A stretch of DNA of 64,000 nucleotides. Origin: Ramazzottius varieornatus (lineage: Eukaryota > Animalia > Tardigrada). The notes beneath the pieces were generated by a model, which worked only from the letters and a program-made list of their open reading frames with translations, searched no databases and was not told the DNA's origin. Of this stretch, positions 38,332 to 50,694 are shown piece by piece. Made by a program: the position numbers and the translations under genes. The stretch covers positions 3,055,324-3,119,323 of the forward strand of contig BDGG01000001.1 of the NCBI GenBank assembly GCA_001949185.1, written 5' to 3'. Numbering within the stretch: position 1 is the stretch's first letter; every line of letters starts with the position of its first letter.

Positions 38332-41300
38332 GGTGAAAATAGCCACCGGTGTGGTACCGATCAATCAATTGAAGGTTTCGGCGAGGAGCCGCAACATCCG
38401 GCGTGAAACAGCGGAAGTTATCCGAAGATGGTTGGAAAGGCTTGGTGAGGGTATCAAGTTCCGCGTTCTTGCTCGCAAACTGTTTTTATCGATGACATGA
38501 AATGACGATGAGATCAGCGAGATGAGCGGACAAGGTGCGCTGATGAGTGGGGCTACAGTATGTTAGGAGAACAGACACTATGAAAAAACATCAAGTGCGA
38601 TAATAAAACTGCTCAGAACGTAGGCGCGGAAAGATTTCGCTTCGGTATGAGATGCAGAGAATGAAGGTCTCTGGTACTCCAGCTTTGATCACGAAAAGAT
38701 TCAATTGCGATTTGCGATAAAGGCTATAGAGTTTGTCGAGCGCGAGAAGCGCGGCTGTGTTGGGCCCTGTTGAATGATTCGCTGACGGCGTCAAGGGTGA
38801 TGCTGCCAAAGATTGATATCCCCAATGGATCAAGCACTCGTATGCACCCTCCGGCTCGACATTGGCTGTACTTTGTCGCCGCCTATTTTCTCGTCAGTAC
38901 AACTGACCAGACGCTATTCTACAGTCTACACCTGACTGTTGTACGTGATTCTCAAATGCAGGCCAACTATCGTGGCAGAAGAAATAATATTAATGTAGGC
39001 GCAGGCCAACGTTAACATTGGTGAAACGGAAACGAACGAGCGACTATGATAAAGAAACTGTTCTTTGTTTGCGGAGTACACTTCGACAACAATGCTAGAG
39101 TATACCGCACCACCTTTGCAGCTTTTTCATAATGGCATAACCACACACCCAATTTAGCAACCTTTGGGCTGTTTTTGATTGAACTCACATTCCTGACATA
39201 CTAGCTTGCCTTTAGGCGGCTGGAAGATAAGCATAACCTGTCTATCATACACCAAAAAATTCCAGTAACTGTATCATGACTTTTTCGCACAGCATGAACC
39301 CTCAGTTCATAGGTTTTTGTTCGGTGCTACCGTTGCGACATACATAATGAGGAAGTAATTTCTTCCGGCACAAACGGTTATAGCGATAAAAGAGACCATG
39401 TGTTGAATGTTTACGGCCATAAACGAGATGGGCAAGCCGCCCTCCCCAAATCCGCACGTGCCGTACCGCACCTTATTGTTTTTCTATGGATATTTTGGTA
39501 CGGCATAGGTGGGACTGAGAGTATAGAGAATCATCCACGCGGAATGGTCCCACATAATACCGTAACGGTGCATCGTCTGCGCATGTTATTCGGACGCATT
39601 CGCCTACCGGTAATTAAGTATTCTCTGATGCATGGACAAGCCACCGAAAAGATAACAGCGCCCTCTAGAATCACAAAAAAGCAATCTGGTATTCTGAACT
39701 AGATACGGAGAGTCCGCAGATAAGTTGCAGCAACGAAAGTTGGGCAAAATAGAAATGCTACTCTAGTTTTTGAGGCAGAGTTGAAAACTTTCTGATGGGC
39801 TTCCAGCCGCCCCGCTGAACGCGCGCATTAGGCGAGGTCGACGTCCAGCCTTTTCACGTGCCATTGAATGGACATTAAATCAAAGTAACGAAGTGGAAAC
39901 TTTCAGAAGCCGATTTGGACTTCTCGAAAAGGTTTAGACTGGAATAAAGCCTAATAATTCAAGCGCATTACGCGCCAATTTGCTTTATGATTAGGCAGAC
40001 GACAGCCAATTATACAGCAGGAAGTGCAGCGTGCGGCGGCGTAATCCCGTGCAGCAACCCTGCGACGACATAGCGCCGGTATTCAAATTTCACTATAGCC
40101 ATTGGTTTATCACTTTACTGTGTGCAAGGCCAGTTGATATCGTCAACTTCCGTTCCCACTGTTCTTCTGTGAAAAGGTCAGAAGTTACTTTGGACAAAAG
40201 CATAATAAGTATCCCACAAGGGCAGAGTGCTAATTTTACATTTTCCGACAAGTCAGCCCTAAATAACCTTCCCAAAATTTCACTTCAGTCCTTCGCTTTT
40301 AAAACCGCAGTTTTATTTGATCAGAATTTGCTTTGTCAAACTCATAGTCCGAAACTGAACGCTGCAATGACGTCACAAGTTCTTCGATGAGCGCACGTCG
40401 CGCATTCCACCGCTCATCAAGACATGGTGCGTGTGACCGGAAGTCTCGCGTACCTTCCTAATTACCAAGTCAAGGAGGTTGAGGTGTATTTGTTCTTTAC
40501 GTTTTCTCATAATTAGGGAGTACTTGAGCAGGACAACGTGTCAGTGGAGAGGTGCACGGTCAAACAGAGTATTTTCAAGTGATGTTACATTATAGTCAAT
40601 TTTTCCCCCGCACGTTCCGTCTAATTTTCTACCATGTCAAACAAGACCCACCATGTACTCGACGGCCTGACTCGGCACGTTTGAAGGTCTGGGAACCCTG
40701 GCCAAGGTCCTTGTCCAGCAATTAGCATTACTAAATCGGCCAAACGTGTCTTTTTCTGGACGATTGGATAAGAGCTTGAATCGCTCTGTTATGCATATGC
40801 GTAAATTCAATGAAATGATGGTGGAGCAGGACAGGCTGATTGTACGGCCACAGTGACCCATTTTGAGATGCAAAGGACGCGGCTCGACAGGATTAATGTC
40901 GACACACACATTTCTCGATCAAAGATCGAAATTTGTCGCTAATGGAAAATAAACTAACAAAGAGGAGCTACAAGTGCCTATTCTGCGACAACTTCAACGG
41001 TCTGTCGAGTTTATCGCAACATCCGTTTCATCCACTCGGAAGTGTCCGTGTGTTGACTTGAGACTAGAAGCGCATTAAAAGAAAACATTACCATGATAGT
41101 TTGCTTAAGTCATCGTTGCAGGTGTCTTCTCGAAAACGATGGTTTACCCCATCATATTTTACGTTGCACATTGAATTCTTGAGAATTACGTCGGTGCAAA
41201 ATTTGGAAATGACCTCGGGCCACCGATAAACTGAAGGTGAAGTCTGTCAGGCAAAAAAAGCAACACAGTACAGCCCACACGTACATTAATTATGTCCTTC

Positions 41301-42664
41301 ACGCTTGCTGCAGCGCCATCTGTTCTGGAACCGGGTTCCCTAAGTCCCTCTATCCGTATTCCGTAACCGATATCTTCACCCAAGCCATAGCGCTGACCTG
41401 GGGTGATCATCACTGTACTATCTATATAACCGGAAAAGCTCCTTTGTTGTGCCGCTTTATGTCGCTGGCTGGGATCCTGACTAGCCCAGGTAGTTGTACT
41501 GTCCCTACCCGTTGTGTGCATCCCAAAGTTGTTACATGTGTTTGGGCGTAATTGAGACCATGTATTTTTTTCTCCAGAACGTTGTGAATTTAGAAACGCC
41601 TATTCCGTGGCCTATTCCAAGAGATTCGCTGTAGCTGCAGGCCGAAGACGTGGATATCTTTCGAGGTGGCCAACGCAAGTCCGGTGGCGCCCTCCGCCGT
41701 TCGTGGCGTTACCCACGGCTATTCACAAGGGGAAAATGACAACCGGAAATCTCAATTGTCCTACATCCACAGAACTCATGGTAAATGGCGTCTTTTTCGT
41801 ATTCCATCTCTAGCTCAGACATAAAGGGTATCCCGTGCCGAGAAGGCAGAGGACCCTGGGGACCTGCGCTAGTTCGTTGGGTATCTATTTGTGATCAGAT
41901 TTCTTTTGCTGATGGATCAGTGCATTTACTGATGATCGTTCAATGGGTTCATAAAGCATGATGTGGACACAGTGCTTCGCCATACTTCCGACAAAGTGAG
42001 CCTACTGTGGGCGTCTCGAAATGTAAAAATCGAGAATAAGGATTTCCGTCGCCAACACGGTGCACGCGCGTACCGCTAAGTTCTCGTTTCATCCGCCCGG
42101 AGTGGCCAAAGGAAGTCTTCTGAGTTCGCTTCCACGGTACGGACCATGGTACGGAAACCTCGCCGAGAGCATGTGAAGACCGTACGTGCAGCTGGGGCAA
42201 AACCCCTGAAGTAGCAGGCTCCTGCAAAGGCAGCGCTTGAATGTAGGACCATTCGAGGGTGATTCGACTCGGTGGATATTTGGATCTGATTTTGTTGATC
42301 AATTAGCCATCGAGTCATTAAGAGAACAACTGTATGCTCCAGTTGGTGTAGCCAGTTACCGCGAAGGTGGTTGTGATATAATGTGGTGTCGGTACGGTGA
42401 AAGCAGTTTGGTCAGCTCACTTTAATCGTTTTGTCATTAGAAGACCCAGAAGTTGTTTCACGAGCTGACTTTTTCCTTGTGATATAGGCTAGCAAGGCCT
42501 GCAGACAGTCAGTTTTTGCTGAGGCTGATGTTGTTCTCTCGAGCTAGGTAGACTTTAAGATGAGGTTGGAACGAGTTCCAATCTTGCTGCAAAATCTTAC
42601 TTGAGATCGAGTTTGGAACCACCGTATTTGCGTATCCCAAGGCAGAAACCCGACACGTCTCTTT

Positions 42665-43522
42665 ATGGATTCCTGTAAATATCTTCAGTCGTGCCTGTTC
42701 GTTGTCGTTGCTTCGACTTTCGCCACACTGTTTACCCTGAGTTCGGGAGGAGAGGTTTACTATGTAACGGGAGCAGGTAAACAGTTTGTAAGATCTGTTT
42801 CATGGCTCACTTTTTGTTCGTCCGTCCTTGGCTCGGGCCGTGGGGAATCCTAATTCGTACCGTAGCGCCATCTGTCAAATTTTTCTCTTTCTTTCTAGAT
42901 ATGATATCCGTCACTTGCGGAACGGGCGAAGGTATCCAAAAGCGATTTGACGAGTACCTCTCGGAACCTCGAAATTAACATGACGGAGAGCGAATATAGA
43001 AGACTTTTTGTGCTGTAGGGTGGTACAGAAATCCGTTCGACTGCAACAAATTTTACGCCTGTGTCGGAACCAACGTCAAGGATTACTACGTCTACGACTA
43101 CGGTAAACCAGCCGGCGGCACTTCAGTTTACTATCGAAAAACAAAACCATCATTCCAATTTTCTTCCCTAGACTGCCCGGAAGGTCTCCATTATGGTATG
43201 TAGTCCGCTGGGATCTGCACCGATCTGATTAGGGGAATATGGCGGTAATCCTCTTGGCTTCCTAGATCTCAACAAAACAATGTGCAACTACTCGTGGGAG
43301 GTACGTACTTGTACTCTTGCTCCATCATCTTATTCACTTACTGCAGCTCGAGAATCCAGCATATTTAACTAAATGCAACAGGTGTACCCTCCCTGTGACG
43401 TCCCTCCGATTCCAACCACAACGCGAAGACCTCTGCGATACGCCGCACAGTACAACGCACCCATTCCACCACCAAGCAATAGCGCTAGCGCTGACTCCGG
43501 ATCCGATAATCCAGCCGTTTGA
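42665..43522 (+). CDS. Secreted chitin-binding type-2 (peritrophin-A/CBM14) domain protein, 142 aa, 6 exons
   Basis: Exons 42665-42776, 42899-42931, 43019-43102, 43172-43195, 43266-43300, 43382-43522; all GT-AG and phase-consistent, 429 nt in total. Product: signal peptide + CGTGEGWYRNPFDCNKFYACVGTNVKDYYVYDYDCPEGLHYDLNKTMCNYSWEVYPPC (six-Cys ChtBD2 spacing) + Pro/Thr/Ser tail. Confidence 0.85.
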
Positions 43523-43887
43523 GTGTTCAGAACTTTTCGCAAGTAGATTCGCTTAATATGCCAAATGAGATAGACACTCTCGAACACATCGTGTATCGCA
43601 AAGATCCGATTTCACAAGTAAGGTTAACGCCTCGTTTTGTAGGTTGCTCAAAAACAAAAACTGGACAGTAATCAGACACAGAGACTAAATGATAGAAACA
43701 ATGGAAAGAAAAAAATGATGTTGGGGTTCTGAATGTTGTAGAAGCCAACTCAAATCACAGTACCTACCGCATTGCTTGAAATCTTGAGCAGAAGCAGATC
43801 AAGAACAGTTCAAAACAGTTATTTACAACAACATAGTTCACTGACATCATCACAGATTATTTGGTTAAACATTCTTTGGAATAGTGA

Positions 43888-46800
43888 TTAACAGTGGAGC
43901 GAAGCCGAGGCCGCCCTTCCTTTAGCCGCATCCGCCCTGCAAAAAAATCAAAAACCTTTACATGAGCCTTGTGCAATGGTGACAAGCAGTGAAAATCTTA
44001 CTGGCTTCGGCATCGCGCTAGTCTGACCGCCACATCCTCCTTCAACCGACGCACCGCCAAAACTTCGTCCATCAACTCCGCTTCCTGCTTCTTCTGCAAC
44101 TCCGTCTTGCTGTCGTCCGGAACTGCCCAGAGGCGGCGCAGCTGCTCATGACTCCGGTAGTGTCGATCCTCCAGCTGAATTTTCTCCGCCCTATACAGAA
44201 GAAACAAACTTTAGAAACTGAGGAAAAGAATATTTCTCAAAATCCAACTTACAGTATTTTCAGCTCCTGAAGCTGAAGCTGCGTCTTGCTTCGTTCTTCC
44301 GTAGCGCTGATCCAGTCTTCGTGCAACTGTTTGTCACTCTTCTCCACATTCCTATCTCCTCTCAACCCATCTTCTATACTTGAGACCTTCTGATTCAGCT
44401 CGGTTAAATGTAGCTCCGTCTCGTCAATCAACCTCTGAATCTCCTGCGCATGATGGAGTAACTTGGTCGTTTCCTGCTTATAAAACCGCTCGGCGATCTC
44501 GATCGTCTTCTTCTGGAAGTAGGTGACCGGACTGCTACTGGTCGGAGAGTCCTGGTTATCACTGTCAATACTGGGCACTATTCCATTACCGACCACCACG
44601 ATGGTCCGCCCATCATCCACATTCTGTTCAACCTGAACAGCGCTAGGCTTTGACAGTGGTTGTCGCTCCGACGACGACCTACCTCTGAGAGGTTCCCTTC
44701 GTCCATTCTCGTTGTCACTTTCGGAATCGCTGATGAGACCAAATCGAGAACCGATGGCCTTCCTTGCCGAGGACTCACTTCGACCTGTTAGATAAAAACA
44801 AAGAAAATCAAACAATCATTTGGATCCATGCATTCGTATTTCATACTGCCTACCTCGTAGTCGAGGAGTAGAGCTGTTACCCAGTTCTTCGTCGCTCTTC
44901 AGTTTAGCTCGAGCTCTAGCGGCAGCTCGCTGTTCGTCCTGTCTGGACTTCACATCAATCCTCAATGTAGGTGTGCTGGGAACCAGAAAGACACCTTCGT
45001 CGTCGTCAAAGTTCAGTCTCTTAGGCGTGGTGAGCTCGGGGAACTGCGAACGGCTTGCTGGTAGCGAAGTCTTTGGAGTGAAAAACATCTCATCCTTCTC
45101 ATCGGACGGCGTTCTAACCTGGCTGCTACTAGAAAACCAGGGCTAGTTTAGACTCATTCGGGAAGAAAGTCACAGTACACCGCTACCTTTCTTCCGGTGC
45201 TTTCGCGGCTTTCAGATCGACGTTGTCAGACTCGGACGACATTCGAAGACCACGAAGACGTTTGGCCGTTTCCACCAGTTTGCTGTCCCATTTGATTTCG
45301 CGAGACTTGGGACGATGGTCCAGGAGTACGGATGTGGGAGGTGTGTAAAACGTGGTTCCACCTGTTGGACTTCCTTCAGTCTGCGTGTGGGAACTGAGTA
45401 CCGTCAAGCGGTGGTGTTGGTCAGTCAGACGTTCGACCTTCACCTCAACGGGTCCACTACTCACGGTGATAACGCTAGGTTTCACCGCTCTTGGTCCGTT
45501 TGGACGATCGCTCGATGGACTAGCGCTGGAAGGGGATGTGACTGCGCGGACCTCCGAGTCGCATTCTTGGTCGGAAGTACTGCCCGGCGAAGTCGAATCT
45601 TCGTAGGAGTTGCGGATGGTCACACTTGGGACACTTTGTTGCCTGTCTGACTTATCCAAGCGCGTACTGCGCCCGGGGCCTCCTGCAAAAAAACCCGCGT
45701 AAACAGACGTTTGATCAGAAAAATGTTCGAATGGTCGGCGTTCCAAAAAGATAGCAAAAAATCTAACATTTGCGAGTTTGGCGAATAAGCAGATAACTTT
45801 GTTTTCGCCAGTGGCGCACGCTTCCAACGAAACACACTGAAGCGTGCGCGACCTGGCGAAACGATCTTCCCGAGTTTGCATTTGTTTGTCGAGTTTTCAC
45901 CTATTTTTTTTCCAGTTAGGATAGTTTGCAACAAAATCATGAGAAACTTCAAATTTCGGGGCGGTGGAAAGTTTTACCAGAGTCTCCACTAGTACTTCCG
46001 CTTTCATTCGAGGTGGTCGGCGTGTTTCTCTTCTCGTTGTACTTTCTCTTCCAGTCTTCCACATCGTCCGCCACTTTATCGATGGAGACCCAGGCTTCAT
46101 CCTCACTGGTGTCTTCATCATCAGCTCTGAGAACGTCATCCGCACCAAGACTGGTTCGAATGGCGTCTCCAAAGTTGTGCAAAGTCACTTGTTCTTCATC
46201 CAAGACTGGAGCGTCCACGTACTCATCTTCATCAGAATCATCGTTAGGATGCCGAGGTGACACCGGTGGCGGCTGATGAGGTGAGCTACTTCGGCTAGGG
46301 AACCGTGCAAAAGTAAAGCCGTCAAGGTCGTCCACCAACACTTCGGGCGACCGATCAAACGGCTTCGGTGGAGACTCTTTAGCGGGAGATGGCAACTGAG
46401 AGTAGTCGTGCTTCCGGTTCTTGAAATGGTTCAGGCAGTAAAACTGCAACGAAAATTTAGATTGTTTTATGCGATGCGATGGTTTATTCGCAACACATGC
46501 GATTGTTTTATTCGCGATGGTTTATTCGCAACACATGCGATTGTTTTATTCGCGATGGCGAGTCAAATGAAAGCTCGGCAGACAGACTCGACAACACTGT
46601 TTACCCATGTGGCGCAAGCATTCACTGTGGCTGGAAGCGTGCGCCATTCGGAAAAGCGATCTTGTCAAGTTCGTTTGCCTAGGTCCCAAATTCCAAAAAC
46701 TTCTGGTACAAAGGTTAAAACAAAATTATGCAGAGATTTTCTTGGAAATTCATTAAGAGTTGTCGAACGTTTTTCGTTATTACCTTTCCGCCGCTAGGGT

Positions 46801-49800
46801 CGTATCGGTCAAACGTGTAGTCGCCATTGATCTGTAAAATCTTGTTACAATGATGACATTTGAAACACATGCGGTGAAAGAAAAGGTTTTCAGCGCTCTT
46901 TCTCTCCGCAGGATACACCCTTTTCTGGCAAAAGTAGCACGTCTGGTCCGACCGAATGGCCTGTTCGGGTGTCCACACCGGCACTACATTCACAGCTTCC
47001 TGTTCTCCTCGGCTATTCGCCCGTGACTTCTGCGGAGTCTCACGTAGGCCAGACGAATATTCATCGGCTTTGGCCTTCGTCACACCACCGACCAGACCAG
47101 CGGTACCGTCGTGTAACTTGCTGTCTAGTCGTTTAAGTTTATAGTCGAACTCGGACTGCATGGTGGTGCCATCTTTCAACTTGGCTTCCATCTGTTGTAG
47201 CGTGCCAGGGACCAACGGGTTGGCTCTCCGTTGTGAGTCCGTTCGCTGGGGAGTCTTTTCGACGCGTTCGGGGTTGAATGCGGCTTCGAGAAACTTGATC
47301 TTCTCACCCATGTTGATCTGGATGGGTTCGAGGCTTTCTCGACGTTTTTGAATACCGTGAAGGGATTCGCGATGGTAGCCTTTGCGGCGCTTGGATGGAT
47401 CTTTTCCATTCTCTTTTACGGTCATCTAGAAGAAAAACAGTTTATTTTCTACTTATTCTTCGCAGTAAATTTAACTCTAAATAAACAATCTTAGGACTTT
47501 TACAACCATGGGCATAGAATCTAACAGAAGGAAGGTCAGGGGCGAAGAGCCGAAAGAGAGTTCTTGACATTGGGGACGAAACAAGAAAAGAAAAACAGAA
47601 AGGCATGCAGTGTAAGTTGAGACAGGATGGAAGAGAAAAATCAGAACAGAAACGAATGACATCAAATAAAATTAGAAAATTACCCAGTTGATAAAATCGG
47701 AAAGTAAAACGCTCAATGACAGATTATAGGAAGATGGGCGGTCGGAATAACACATCATAGTCAATAAGAATTCGAGGTGGCGGGGGTGGCACAACCGGTA
47801 TCACGATTTCTTCAGGTTGAAAACGGATAAGAGGTGCCGGTTCATGTATATAAAACATCAACAAGGCAAGAAAAAGGAGATAGAACAGTTCAAAACTTCT
47901 CACCGTTCTTTTGGACATGTGCGACGGGGAAGATGGAGTCAGTCGGGAAGCTTTGTCCGAGCCACTGGTGCTTCGTCGTTTCGAACCCGTGAGAAGAGCG
48001 TCGAACGACGGCGAATCCATCGACAATTGCGGTACGAACTCTCCGGGAACCTCTCTGCGGAACAGCTCGTAAAGTTGGGCGATCACGGGAACGATCACGT
48101 CGGCCGACAAGTTCTCTTTGACACGAACGGAGTTGACGGGGGAGAAGCCGAGTGCGATGCCCAGCTGTTCTTCAGCGACCTTTAGAGCCTACAATTACTC
48201 CACGTTAATGCAATCCATGCGCGTAACATCCCGACCGATCAAGACCAACTGTCCACGCACCTACGTACACAGACACCAGGACAAATTCATGTCAGAGTGT
48301 ACGTAGGTGCGTGCGAGGCTGAGAAAGTTCGCTCGCAATATTCCACTAGCTTATCTTTCCAACCGTAACGAAAGGATTTTCTTACCAGTAGCCAATTATT
48401 CTCCCCATTACTGCTGTCCAAGTCCTTGTAGTCTATGAGCTCTGGTCGGAAATGATGAATCAAAGCACAGAGTGGGCGGTAGTTTCTCCAGAAGTCGCGC
48501 AGGCTGTCCAGGTGGACGCCATGTGGCTCGAGGTTAAGACGACACCATTCGAGCAGTGAATCCTGTGAGATGGACTCTCTCCGCACTCTGAAACAAGACA
48601 CGCAACTACAAGCTTTGAAACAGGGGAATCAGGGGAACAATTGGAGATCGTACCTCTTCGGTGTGAATCCAGTCGGATGAGTTTTCCTCATTGGCACCAA
48701 CTCAGACTTATCCACGTTTTCGGGAGCGTCCGTATCCAGCAGGTGGCGTACGAACCTCACACTGGTCCTTGTCATGTCTACATGCAGGTACCGAGATAGT
48801 GGATCGATCGAGTAGTTCAGGTAGTTCTTGTGCAGGTGTTCCGGGCTGATACTAGTCAGCGGTCGGTAGATCGCTTCACGTTCCGTCAAGAGCTGCAAGG
48901 GCGTCTGGTAGCCAAGTGCCCACTGCCGGATCATCCAAGACGCGTCCAGCACGCCCAGGAAGCCGTGAGCACACCCGGTTCCTAAAGGCCAAAAAGGCTG
49001 GAAAAAAAGAGCGCGGTCAATTGCAAAAACCTGTTAAGAATTACCGAGAAAATTCATACCTCGACTAGACTGTCACCAACGAGGCATACTAACAGCCGGT
49101 GTCCTTTCCGCTCCACTATGCGGCTGGCGTTTTCCGCCGCGTACATATTGGTGAAGTCAAAGACATGTGTGTCTGGTTCGCCATGCTGGTTGATGGCGAA
49201 TTCCAGGTTGGGAAGTCGGTTGTTGGTGGAGAATTGAGCAGCTTCTTTAGCGTAGTGAGCAAGTGCTTCGCGGTCGATGTTCGATCGATCCAGCAACCTT
49301 TCGGCTTCCGTGTAATCCTGCCACAAAAATGGATTTAAGCGAACAAACAGTGTACCACTTCACGACCCTGCATACATAGGTTAATTATGTTTTAGTGGAT
49401 CCCTGCATGCAGAAGCACGAAACAAGGCAGGGTCAGGAACCTGCATATAAGCATCTACAGCATTGGCGTGAGCACTTGTCTGCAGGTGCGTGCGATACTG
49501 CAGAACGACTGTCGCTTACGTTTATGAGGACGCCTTTGTTAAGCAAACTAGCTTTCTTGGCCGTCATGACAAAGTAATGCGTTTCGTCTCGGTAGTACAC
49601 TATGTTCTCCAAGTCGATCCCCGTCGTGTCATGGAGGTCTTTGAAGAACTGCTGATTGTAGATACGGGCTACACCACTAAGTTCCGGTACATTCTGCTCT
49701 TGTGGGGTGTTTCTGTTGATGAAGTTGGATGTGATGGCTATGGCCAGCATGCCGCGAAAGACCTTACGCTGAAAGCCCTGCAGTGTATTGCGTCGCCCAT

Positions 49801-50694
49801 CTGCACCGATGAGGACGTCGAACTCGTAACTGGCGACATGGTGATCGGCTGGATGAACCGCCGCTCTCCAGCCGATCTTTTCTTTGCTTTGGTCCTCCGG
49901 AGGCTCGACGACGTGTAGGAAGGAAACTCCGTACTGAACTTCCACGCCCAGCAGGAGCGTTACTTTGAGCAATATGCATTGAAGAATTCGAATACCTGCG
50001 ACAAAGACGCAATTTAGAATGTAACAGAAGTACTGCTGTGTTATCAGTGTCAGGGACTCTAACGTACTGATATGGTCAACACTCCCTCCACAGAACTTTG
50101 GATAGAACTTTTTGGCACCGAGACTCCTCAAGTCGCTGATTACAAACGGCCATAAATGCAGGACATTGTTCCGTGAAAACCGATCGCGTTTCTCTAAGAC
50201 GACAACTTTGGCACCGAGTAGCGCCGCCTCAATAGCAGCACGCAGACCACACGGACCGGCTCCCACAATCAGCACCTATTACAAAAGTGATTAACAGTCA
50301 GCCGTAGGCCTGCATAATCCGCCCATCAATACACTTCAAAGAACAAACCCAGCTCATATCATACTTTAGTGTGACTGCAGCAGTTTCCCTGATTGTATTC
50401 CTTCTGGCTAAACCGCTTGTCCAGCTTAGACTGCAGGGACTTCCACTTCCAGGAGAATCCCATGCGCTCCTTTAGCCGGGTGTAGAATGTCCGGTAGTCG
50501 TTCGGACGTAGCTTCAGACATTCGCATAACTTCTGAAAGACGCTGGTGATATTCTTGAGGGAATTTGCCGAGCAGAACGCGTCGAAGAGTACTTCCGCCC
50601 GGGTTTGCTCTTCCGGGGACAGAGCCGAGGCTGTGGAGAGTGGTCCGGCCAGACGATACGTCGACGGACCACCCGTCTGTATTCGACAGGCCAT
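43888..50694 (-). CDS. Mical: MICAL F-actin monooxygenase (FAD monooxygenase, CH, LIM, C-terminal coiled coil/bMERB)
   Basis: [33 protein letters not shown]; [22 protein letters not shown]; [22 protein letters not shown]; CH domain [19 protein letters not shown]; [27 protein letters not shown]; C-terminal [25 protein letters not shown]. Last exon and stop are inferred. Confidence 0.95.
46460..46558. repeat. 38-bp tandem repeat in a MICAL intron
   Basis: GCGATGGTTTATTCGCAACACATGCGATTGTTTTATTC exact at 46476-46513 and 46514-46551, with partial copies on both sides. Confidence 0.9.

Noticed and set aside
41186-42318. Several 80-117 aa ORFs with scattered splice-like signals
   Set aside because: I could not assemble a phase-consistent gene or recognise any motif.
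46460-46558. 38-bp repeat considered as a CRISPR-like array
   Set aside because: The copies are directly adjacent with no spacers, inside a eukaryotic intron; a simple tandem duplication.
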